This document shows, in pieces, positions 45,894 through 54,569 of a stretch of 64,000 nucleotides of DNA (position 1 is the stretch's first letter; every line of letters begins with the position of its first letter). The stretch is taken from positions 10,627-74,626 of the forward strand of contig JBIKWN010000007.1 in the NCBI GenBank assembly GCA_044356295.1, written 5' to 3'. The stretch is from Bdellovibrionota bacterium. Lineage in GTDB: Bacteria; Bdellovibrionota_C; UBA2361; JBIKWN01. Both the position numbers and the translations under genes were made by a program. The notes below the pieces were generated by a model, which did no database searches, had not been told where the DNA came from, and saw only the letters and a program-made list of their open reading frames with translations.

Positions 45894-46597
45894 ATATCTC
45901 CTGATTTCATTTTTTTTCTTAGCAGATCAGCAAGCTGATCGAGCGCACGACTATGAAGCCTACTTACCCACGATTTAGAAAGTTCGGGGCGAAGTTTGAT
46001 AATTTCTTGAAAACTAAGACCATCAAAGTAATGTTTCTCTACAATAAATCTTTCTTTTTCAGGTAAGCTCCTGACAACTTTCCTCATCTCTTCCGTTTTT
46101 TCAAGTTTAAGTATTGCTGCTTCTGCAGAAGGATACTGCTCGGCTTTTTGTTCGAGCAGATCTTCAGGGTTTGAACCGTGCATTCGAATTGCTAAAAATC
46201 CACGAGCTGTGAATGAAAATATTTTACTTAAAATTTCCCGATCACTGTTACTAGCTTCAGCAATCGAAGTAACTAAATCTTCCTCGACTACTTGAAGCGA
46301 ACGGACAGCTTTAAGAACATGATATGAGGTGCCTCGGACTTCTGAACTGCGGCGTATCAGATCCAGCACTGCCCCCCTGACTCTGCGATGGGCAAAACCC
46401 TCAAAAGACACCCCATGGGACTCATCAAACCGCTCAGAAGCCTCAATAAGCCCCATATAACCAGCTGAGAGATACTCATCTAGGTCTTCACGCTTTAAAC
46501 CAAACCTTTGGATCACTGCCAAAACCACCCTTTTAACGAATGGGTCATATTTTTCGATGAGCGTTTCTCTTGGATCAGACATTTGCACTGCAAGCAT
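45890..46597 (-). CDS. FliA/WhiG-family sigma factor heading the T3SS-like operon
   Basis: GYMGLIEASERFDESHGVSFEGFAHRRVRGAVLD (region 2); LPEKERFIV...LSKSWVSRLHSRAL (region 4). Confidence 0.88.
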   Translation of the reverse strand: MLAVQMSDPRETLIEKYDPFVKRVVLAVIQRFGLKREDLDEYLSAGYMGLIEASERFDESHGVSFEGFAHRRVRGAVLDLIRRSSEVRGTSYHVLKAVRSLQVVEEDLVTSIAEASNSDREILSKIFSFTARGFLAIRMHGSNPEDLLEQKAEQYPSAEAAILKLEKTEEMRKVVRSLPEKERFIVEKHYFDGLSFQEIIKLRPELSKSWVSRLHSRALDQLADLLRKKMKSGDI

Positions 46598-46789
46598 ACA
46601 AATAATTCGTAGTTAAGTTCTAAAAAGTTTCCTAAAAAATACCTAATATTTTCAAAAAGATATCTGGCTTTAGAAATTGAGCCTAAAAATAATTTGCATT
46701 ATGCCAACTTAATTTTGCTCCCAAATATACAGACACTGGCTTTTTCGAGCGAAACCTACTCTTACACCGCAGAAGTAAAAGGAAGTTTC

Positions 46790-48136
46790 ATGAAGTACAT
46801 ATCAAGGAAGGTTGTATTGGGAATTGGGTTAGCGCTCTTCTCTGCAACTGGACTCCTCCAAGCTGAAGAATGCAAAAAAGATAGCGTTGTCTTGCAACAT
46901 CTTCACCGCACAGCTAATCAACAAGAAGTCAAAGATCTGAATAAAATTGTTCATTTTTCACATCGCTCTGGTCGCGCATTGGTTGGTGAATTAGCAAGAC
47001 GTTCCAGTAACCACGGACAAGATGTTTCTTGTAATGAAGTTGAAAACGCTTGTCGTAAACTTGTTCGTGAATCTCGTAAAGGTGGATTTTCAAACTTTCG
47101 AAGAGCAAAAAGTTTTGCCTGCAGTGCTAACTATAAAGTGTATACAACGGGGAATAAAAAACGTTGGAAAAGTCCAATCAATGATCCTCTTGGCAAACAA
47201 CTACGATATGCCATTGATTCATTAAATCTTTCACGTGCATGGCAGATAACAAATGGTTCTGAAGACGTAGTAGTTGCAGTCATTGATACAGGAGTCGATT
47301 ATACTCACCCTGATTTAGCTCAAAATATTCTTCCTGGAAAAAACTTTGCGATTGGACTTTCAAGTGAAGATCCTCGGTCAAATGATCCAATGGATGATAA
47401 TGGTCATGGAACTCATGTTAGTGGAACGATTGCTGCAGTGGGGAATAATAGAATCGGTGTAGCCGGAGTTGCATGGAATACTAAAATACTTCCATTAAAA
47501 TTCTTAAATGAAAGTGGCTCAGGATATTTATCCGATGCAGTGCGTGCTATTAACTATATGGTTTATGCCAAACAAAATCTTGGTATGAATATAAAGGTTT
47601 CAAATAATTCATGGGGTGGCGGTAGTTTTAGCGATAGCCTCTATGCAGCAATTTCGATGGCAAATGATGCAGGTATTCTTTTTATTGCTGCAGCAGGAAA
47701 TGATGCAAATGACAATGATGAGTATCCATCCTATCCAGCAAGCTATAAATTACCGAATGTAACTAGTGTAGCAGCTTATGACGACACACTTTCATTGGCC
47801 TATTTCTCAAACTATGGAAAGAGAACAGTTGATATTGCAGCACCAGGATTAAGAATCGCGAGTGCTTATCCAGGTGGATATGCATTTCTTTCAGGAACTT
47901 CCATGGCAACTCCACATGTAAGTGGTGCCCTTGCATTACTCACATCTGCATATCCATCGTTAAGCGCACAGGAACTGAAAGCAAGATTAATTGAAACTGC
48001 ACGGTACAATTCTGAACTGAGAGGATATGTACGAGACGGCGCGCAACTCAACGTTCTCAATATGCTTCGTAACAGAACGTCTCAAAATTATGAGTCAGTT
48101 CGGCAATTAAAGTTAAAAGGAAAGCGCGGTGCTTAA
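46790..48136 (+). CDS. Secreted S8 subtilisin-like serine peptidase
   Basis: Signal peptide from ATG 46790; VIDTG, HGTHVSG, AAAGN, GTSMATPHV. Confidence 0.93.
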   Translation: MKYISRKVVLGIGLALFSATGLLQAEECKKDSVVLQHLHRTANQQEVKDLNKIVHFSHRSGRALVGELARRSSNHGQDVSCNEVENACRKLVRESRKGGFSNFRRAKSFACSANYKVYTTGNKKRWKSPINDPLGKQLRYAIDSLNLSRAWQITNGSEDVVVAVIDTGVDYTHPDLAQNILPGKNFAIGLSSEDPRSNDPMDDNGHGTHVSGTIAAVGNNRIGVAGVAWNTKILPLKFLNESGSGYLSDAVRAINYMVYAKQNLGMNIKVSNNSWGGGSFSDSLYAAISMANDAGILFIAAAGNDANDNDEYPSYPASYKLPNVTSVAAYDDTLSLAYFSNYGKRTVDIAAPGLRIASAYPGGYAFLSGTSMATPHVSGALALLTSAYPSLSAQELKARLIETARYNSELRGYVRDGAQLNVLNMLRNRTSQNYESVRQLKLKGKRGA

Positions 48137-49195
48137 GCACATCATATAAGCATCTAATGTGCGTGAGATGAAAGAATGATCTTGGTGAGGATTAAAGTCT
48201 ATTTGGGCTCGGTTTCGAACAATAATTTCTGCTTTCATGGGCAGTGCCCCGTTCGGTCCAATTTTAAATAGACCAAGCACATCAAATTGATTAGATTGGT
48301 TTTCCTGAAAAAGAATTTCTTGTAATGTTCTTAAATCAGTTTTTGAATTTACTTCCATATGTTGGGCAAATTTAAAACCTCCCCGATCGTCTTGACCCAT
48401 CATCATAGAAATCGCACCAATCGTAGTTGGCTTAAGTAAAGGATTTTTCGGAAGCAGTTTTTTGGATAAGTAATCAGTAAGTCGTTCAGGAGAGATATCG
48501 CTCTTACCACTACACACCTCATTTAAAAATGCCTCTCCAAGTACCTCCGGAGAACACTCCTCCTTAAAGAACGAAGGTGTTGCTAAAATTATACCTTTGG
48601 AAGTTCGCCGAATAGGTGCTACTAAAAATAAACTACCCTCTTCATGAAGAAAACAAAATTGAGAAATATTGATTAATCGAGGTGATGTATGTTCAAGATT
48701 TCTTTGTATTCGTATTTCAGATTCACCGCTCATCCTACTTTCATCGAGTATTCTTCTATACAGATCAGAGATAACTCTAAAATCAATTCCAATTTGTAGC
48801 TCGGTAGGCTTGTCAGGATTATGAGGCATAGCTGCTAATTGAAAAATTTCCCCTTCAGGGTAACCATCTTCCTGAAATTTCTGTTGTTGCGCTTTGAAAG
48901 AGTTTGCCATCTGACTACCCCTCGCTATTGGACAGAGCGGTGATTTGCCCCATCCAAATTGTTCTGGATTTTCGAGGTATTGTTGAATCATTCGATGAAA
49001 AACAATTTTTATTGGCGCAGAGTCAGCAGGTATTCTTGATTCATCAGAAGTCAAAGCAATTGGCTTAACACCTGTCCTATATATATCATAAACAGTATTC
49101 TTAAGGTCAGGATCATTGCCATGAGTTAATTCAAGGAAGTCCCCAAATCCTAGCGCTCGAGTATCTTTTACGACTGGAACAACTGCAAAACTCAC
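48113..49195 (-). CDS. Hypothetical cytoplasmic protein
   Basis: 360 aa ORF (GTG start); no signal peptide or recognised domain. Confidence 0.7.
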   Translation of the reverse strand: MSFAVVPVVKDTRALGFGDFLELTHGNDPDLKNTVYDIYRTGVKPIALTSDESRIPADSAPIKIVFHRMIQQYLENPEQFGWGKSPLCPIARGSQMANSFKAQQQKFQEDGYPEGEIFQLAAMPHNPDKPTELQIGIDFRVISDLYRRILDESRMSGESEIRIQRNLEHTSPRLINISQFCFLHEEGSLFLVAPIRRTSKGIILATPSFFKEECSPEVLGEAFLNEVCSGKSDISPERLTDYLSKKLLPKNPLLKPTTIGAISMMMGQDDRGGFKFAQHMEVNSKTDLRTLQEILFQENQSNQFDVLGLFKIGPNGALPMKAEIIVRNRAQIDFNPHQDHSFISRTLDAYMMCLSTALSF

Positions 49196-49214
49196 GCTAG
49201 GCTACCTTTAAGAA

Positions 49215-51182
49215 ATGGAATCAATAATTAAATTTTGGAAATATATCTTTGAAAATCAAGCGTATATCTATGGATATTGTAGCTTGCTCTGTTCACTTTT
49301 ATTACTTGTCGGCACGTTCTTATTTTGCTCTAAGCGTATTTCCTGCCTAATTCTATCACTGTCATTTTTTTACGCTAGCACTGTCCCAAGTTATTTTATG
49401 CCTCTGGCACTATGTACGTGCTGCTTCCTTACACTTGTCTTGTTTATTCCACTTCCAAACCAGCGAGATTTTTATCGAAACTCAGATGCTGAAAGAGTCA
49501 CTTCGGTAGATATTTTTATTCTACTCTTAGCTATAACAATTGGTTCATTTTTAAGGTTATATAACCTATCAATTATCACTAACGGATTTGAAGGAGAACT
49601 TTCTCCTTACTATGCAGCGTCTACTTCATTACATGGAATTTTTCGAGCTAATAAAGGAATCGATGGCCCCTGGGCACCGTTAGGGATACTTTTTTACCTT
49701 CCTGTCTATTTCTCTACACTTCTTTGGGGTTCAACAGTTTTTGCTATACGATTCTCATCGGCAATAGTTGGGATAGCGACCATTATCATTTTATTCTTCA
49801 GCCTAAAAAAACTAACAAACTCACGAATCGCCTCAATTGCATCTCTGCTCTTTGCTCTGAATTCAATGCATATTGGTTGGAGTCGATCAGATATCCATCC
49901 ACACGGTGTCACTGCTTGGCCTGGTCTTATCCTCATCCTTTGTACTTTTAATTTTTTTCTTAACCGTTCATTAACGAATGCTTTTTTCTTAGTTTTATCG
50001 ATGGGTCTTACGTGGCATCAGTATCCGTCAGGACAAGCACAGGTCATTATTCCATGGCTGATGCTTCTATTTATTTTGCTTCTCAGTGAGTCTAGAAAAG
50101 AAATTTTCAAGGTAAAAAAAATCTTTGGGATTGTTACAGTTATTTCGATAGGAAGTTTACTCTGGTACATGGGGCTTCCAATGAGTTACTACCTTGCAGA
50201 TGGAAAATGGGAATTCTTAAATCCTTTTACGTTAACAACGCAACGTGCAAGCTGGGGTAATCTAGATACAAAAGTGACACTTATTTCGCAAATTACTTTC
50301 ATTGCAAAGCAAAGTTTTTTTTACTTTTTTGATTTTCTTAATAGCCTTGTATTTAAAGCACAACATATATTCCATCAAGATTTTGTCATCAATATCCCGA
50401 ATCTTTATCCTCGTACCTACCCAATATTTTTTGTTCCGTTCTTATGTTTTGGTTTAGTAATTTCTATTAAAAACTTCAAGGCTCCGTGGGCGAAGTTATT
50501 AATCGCATTTTTCATAGCTTCTATCATTCCAGGAATTCTTTCCGAACGTCCATATCCGAAAAGAATGTCTGTTGTTTTTTTAGTCCTCGATTGCTTCTCA
50601 GCAATTGGTATCTATACCGTCTTTCATTATTTCATCACTCAAAAACCTAAAATACGATATGTAATTGGAATTTTTAGTTTCGTCGCTACAGTATTTTTTA
50701 CTTGCTGGCTTTCGTTTGCGTGGTTTTCAGGTCGGCAGTACCAAATTGGTCTCCAACCAGAAAGTGCAGTTGCGAATCAAATAGCTACTGAAATACGTCC
50801 CTCAACACTTTTGATAACTGACATCGCCAAGGATTATGATGAAGGAAAACTATTCTTTCTATTAATGGATACGATTACTAATCCAGCGTTACGGCCAATC
50901 TCTGTTCAAGCGCTCAACGAGAACAATCAGATTATAAAATTCCATTGGATTCACCACTGGACTAAATTTGCTCTATACGAAGAAAATATTCCTAGCGAAA
51001 AATTCAATACAGTGATTTTTCTATTTCTACACAGAAATCTTTCAACTCAAGCGATTGAAGATAGGATCACGGAACGAATGAACAGATGTTCCCAAACCGG
51101 AAGCACAAGTAAAGCATTGCATTTTCCAATTACAGGAACATTTTCTAATGAAATGTCAGCAGTCATATGCAGGAAAGAATGA
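49215..51182 (+). CDS. GT-C fold membrane glycosyltransferase (ArnT/PMT family)
   Basis: Many TM helices; FLRLYNL...FEGE, FAIRFSSAIVG, IGWSR. Confidence 0.78.
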   Translation: MESIIKFWKYIFENQAYIYGYCSLLCSLLLLVGTFLFCSKRISCLILSLSFFYASTVPSYFMPLALCTCCFLTLVLFIPLPNQRDFYRNSDAERVTSVDIFILLLAITIGSFLRLYNLSIITNGFEGELSPYYAASTSLHGIFRANKGIDGPWAPLGILFYLPVYFSTLLWGSTVFAIRFSSAIVGIATIIILFFSLKKLTNSRIASIASLLFALNSMHIGWSRSDIHPHGVTAWPGLILILCTFNFFLNRSLTNAFFLVLSMGLTWHQYPSGQAQVIIPWLMLLFILLLSESRKEIFKVKKIFGIVTVISIGSLLWYMGLPMSYYLADGKWEFLNPFTLTTQRASWGNLDTKVTLISQITFIAKQSFFYFFDFLNSLVFKAQHIFHQDFVINIPNLYPRTYPIFFVPFLCFGLVISIKNFKAPWAKLLIAFFIASIIPGILSERPYPKRMSVVFLVLDCFSAIGIYTVFHYFITQKPKIRYVIGIFSFVATVFFTCWLSFAWFSGRQYQIGLQPESAVANQIATEIRPSTLLITDIAKDYDEGKLFFLLMDTITNPALRPISVQALNENNQIIKFHWIHHWTKFALYEENIPSEKFNTVIFLFLHRNLSTQAIEDRITERMNRCSQTGSTSKALHFPITGTFSNEMSAVICRKE

Positions 51183-52300
51183 ATAAAATAAAGATAATCA
51201 TCCTACTCTGTTTTCTTTATGTGACAGGGTGTAGCTTTCTTTTACCTCACCATAAAGACCCAAATAGTACTCAAAACACATGGTCCTCAATCAAATTTCT
51301 TGAATCAATTGAAAATACCATCGCCTATCTTAAAAAGACTAATAAAAATACAATAACTGGAAAAGATTTTTCTATTGATAAAGATCAGTATTTAATAGCT
51401 CTTCATGATCTTGCATCTTTTGTGAAAGATAACCCTCAACAAGACCAGATCTTAAATTATCTCGATTCCCACTTCCGTGTTGCATCAAAAGAATCAGATG
51501 CTTTCTTTACAGGATATTACACTCCGACAATTCACGGCTCACTTATAAAAACTGTTGAATTCATTTATCCAATTTACAGCAAACCTACTGATTTAGTTTC
51601 AATTCAACTCGACCCTTCAATAAGCTCAACCTTATCGAAAGAGACTCCTGTCATTAATCGCGGTCAACTAATTAAAAGAACGGTCAAAATCCCCTACTGT
51701 TCTCGTAAAGAGATTGAAACTACAGATTGCTTAAAGGGGAAAGCTCAAATTATTGCTTATGCAAAGGATCCATTAGAATTATTTTTTCTTCATATTCAAG
51801 GTTCTGGATCTATCAAACTTCCTTCCGGAGATTTGATGCATCTTTCATTCGCTGATAAGAACGGACATCCATATCGTGCTATAGGAGCTACCATGATCGC
51901 ACAAGGCAAGCTCAAAAAAGGAACTGTCACAATGCAGTCAATGAAAAAATATCTTTATCAACATTCTGATGAAGTTACTGAAATTCTGCATTCAAATCCT
52001 AGCTATGTTTTTTTAAATCTTTCGAGAGATGTGCCTCGAGGCAACCTTGGTATTCCTGTAACGGCACTTCACTCCTTTGCATCAGATCAAGCTATCGTTC
52101 CACCTGGGGTTTTGGCACTTATCGATATTGAATCATCAACTTTTTCCCTAACTTCTCATCCAATGTTTAATCATGATATCGGTGGAGCTATCAGAGGTCG
52201 GGATAGATTCGACTTATATATTGGCTCTGATGAAAGGGCCTCTGAACTAGCAGGAAGTTTACAATCTTCAGGTCGCATCCAGTTCTTACTGCCACGTTAA
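51179..52300 (+). CDS. mltA: Membrane-bound lytic murein transglycosylase A
   Basis: Lipobox VTGC; FTGYYTP, LHIQGSG, NPSYVF, DIGGAIRGRDRFDLY. Confidence 0.92.
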   Translation: MNKIKIIILLCFLYVTGCSFLLPHHKDPNSTQNTWSSIKFLESIENTIAYLKKTNKNTITGKDFSIDKDQYLIALHDLASFVKDNPQQDQILNYLDSHFRVASKESDAFFTGYYTPTIHGSLIKTVEFIYPIYSKPTDLVSIQLDPSISSTLSKETPVINRGQLIKRTVKIPYCSRKEIETTDCLKGKAQIIAYAKDPLELFFLHIQGSGSIKLPSGDLMHLSFADKNGHPYRAIGATMIAQGKLKKGTVTMQSMKKYLYQHSDEVTEILHSNPSYVFLNLSRDVPRGNLGIPVTALHSFASDQAIVPPGVLALIDIESSTFSLTSHPMFNHDIGGAIRGRDRFDLYIGSDERASELAGSLQSSGRIQFLLPR

Positions 52301-52452
52301 AGATTACTAGTATAAAAATAGGTAGTACTAACAATAATATAGTAAAAATCTATACAATTTCCACTTTCGTACATTCAATAAAAATTAGAAGATCAACGTC
52401 TTATCAGTTGTATCCTTGATTTTTTATAAAATCATTCTTATGAGTACTCATT

Positions 52453-53343
52453 ATGTTTAAAAGACTATTTCTATTTCTAGCTACCAACATTCTCATTGTC
52501 GTTACTCTTTCAATCGTTTTAAACCTGTTGGGAGTACAACCATACCTACGACAGGGTGGAATCGATTTTTCTTCTCTTGCTGTTTTCTGTCTTGTTTGGG
52601 GTATGGGAGGAGCATTCATCTCTCTCCAGCTTTCTCGCTGGATGGCAAAAATGGCGATGGGAGTCAAAGTTATCGACCCTCAAAATCCTGGTTCAAATGC
52701 TGCAATCCTTCAGCTTGTACATAATACTGCTCGTGTTGCTCAATTGCCTGTTATGCCTGAGGTGGGAATCTATGAAAGTCCAGAGCTTAATGCCTTTGCT
52801 ACTGGTCCGTCACAGAATCGCTCTTTAGTTGCTCTTTCAAGTGGTCTTCTTCAACGAATGAACAAAGAAGAGATTGAAGGTGTCATAGCACATGAACTTG
52901 CACACATTAAAAATGGCGATATGGTTACCATGACTCTCCTTCAGGGAATTGTTAACGCATTTGTGATGTTTCTTGCTCGAATCATTGCTTTTGTAGCTTC
53001 TCAATCTGTTAAAGAAGAATCTCGAGGAATTGTAAACTTCTTTGTTGTTATTATACTTGAGATTGGTCTTAGTATGCTTGGAATGCTTGTCGTGATGAGT
53101 TTTTCACGTCACCGAGAATTTAAAGCAGATGCTGGAGCTGCCAAATTTGTTGGTTCACATAAAATGATAGCTGGGCTTGAAGCTTTAAAACGGTACTACA
53201 ATAAAATACCAACCGATGACACTGCACACTCACTTGCAACCTTAAAAATCAGTGGTAGTAAGAGTTGGTTTAAGCTCTTTTCCTCACATCCAGAACTTGA
53301 TGACCGTATCAAAGCTCTTCAAACTGGTCAGTATGCAGTTTAA
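52453..53343 (+). CDS. htpX: Membrane zinc protease HtpX
   Basis: MFKRLFLFLATN, NAFATG, AHELAHIKNGDMVT, FSRHREFKAD, SHP. Confidence 0.96.
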   Translation: MFKRLFLFLATNILIVVTLSIVLNLLGVQPYLRQGGIDFSSLAVFCLVWGMGGAFISLQLSRWMAKMAMGVKVIDPQNPGSNAAILQLVHNTARVAQLPVMPEVGIYESPELNAFATGPSQNRSLVALSSGLLQRMNKEEIEGVIAHELAHIKNGDMVTMTLLQGIVNAFVMFLARIIAFVASQSVKEESRGIVNFFVVIILEIGLSMLGMLVVMSFSRHREFKADAGAAKFVGSHKMIAGLEALKRYYNKIPTDDTAHSLATLKISGSKSWFKLFSSHPELDDRIKALQTGQYAV

Positions 53344-53431
53344 TTAGAACCTAAACGACATAAATTGGTATACTTTTAAACTGATACCTTGCTTATACTT
53401 ATTGGGTTTAATGCATCGTATCTTTTAAATT

Positions 53432-54565
53432 GTGAATCAACTTAGCTCAGACAAATGTCATTCTAGTACTGAATTCTTACGTCGCCAGTTCTGGGTGCTG
53501 AGTCATCTGTTCTTTATAATCATTTCAACCGAGTTATTGTATATCTTTGACTCACTTTCGGTACAGTCAATACTTCCTTGGATAATGTTTCTGCTCATAA
53601 CGTGTTCTTTGTTGAAACCTCAATCTAAAGCTTTTGTTTTACTTTTGATTACACAGATCATTTATGGAATATCAAGCTTACCGAATCTTCAAAATCATCG
53701 ATATTTAGCTCTATTTATTAATATCGGTCTCTTGGCTCTGTATCAGAAAGACTCGTTTTTTAATCAACGATCAATATGGCTAATCTCTAGATCGCTAATC
53801 GTTGTGTATTTTTTTGCAGTATTTCATAAACTGAACTCTGCTTTCTTTGATCCAACCGTCAGTTGTGCTGCGCAATTTTCAAATCACATCAGGATACTAT
53901 TTCCAGAAATTCCCCAACTTCCACAACTAGAGATTTATGGTGCTCTCATTGTAGAGGCTCTTATTTGCCTTTTATTATTTTCTCAAAAAACATGGAGAAT
54001 CGCTGCTATTCTCGCCATCCTCTTTCACTTAACGTTATCGTTTGATTATATAAAGCTCTTTATCAATTTTAGCGGGGTTATGATTGGTCTCGTATCAATC
54101 ATTACTATGGATCCAGATAAAACTAATTTTTTAGTAAATAAAAAGTTTTTACGATTAGTTCCAATTTGTTTAGCAATATCACTTCTTTCGATGAAATTAT
54201 TTCACTATACTCAGCTTTTTCATATTATAGCTGTACATTTTGCTTTTATTGCTTTTTCCCTAGGAGTATTACTATCTACTCTTCAAACGAATAAAATGTA
54301 CCCAATAAAATCATCCTTTATTGCAGTAAGTATCATTTTTCTTCTTTTTATCGATGGTGCGAGCCCGTATATTGGGATTAAAAATCGTGGCTCATTTAAC
54401 ATGTATAGTAACTTACTAATTTCTACAGAGTACTCAAATCATTTTCTCATTTCAAAGGGGCTTAACATTTTTGGAATTGACCAGAAATCAGAGTCAGCTC
54501 TTTTAAAAAATTTTCTTCCTATGAATCCAGTCGATCCTGAGCGTAGAGACCTCTGCCTTTGGTAA
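53432..54565 (+). CDS. Polytopic membrane protein, HTTM-like
   Basis: NHRYL, VYFFAVFHKLNSAFF, PYIGIKNRGSFNMYSNL. Confidence 0.55.
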   Translation: MNQLSSDKCHSSTEFLRRQFWVLSHLFFIIISTELLYIFDSLSVQSILPWIMFLLITCSLLKPQSKAFVLLLITQIIYGISSLPNLQNHRYLALFINIGLLALYQKDSFFNQRSIWLISRSLIVVYFFAVFHKLNSAFFDPTVSCAAQFSNHIRILFPEIPQLPQLEIYGALIVEALICLLLFSQKTWRIAAILAILFHLTLSFDYIKLFINFSGVMIGLVSIITMDPDKTNFLVNKKFLRLVPICLAISLLSMKLFHYTQLFHIIAVHFAFIAFSLGVLLSTLQTNKMYPIKSSFIAVSIIFLLFIDGASPYIGIKNRGSFNMYSNLLISTEYSNHFLISKGLNIFGIDQKSESALLKNFLPMNPVDPERRDLCLW

Positions 54566-54569
54566 ATAC

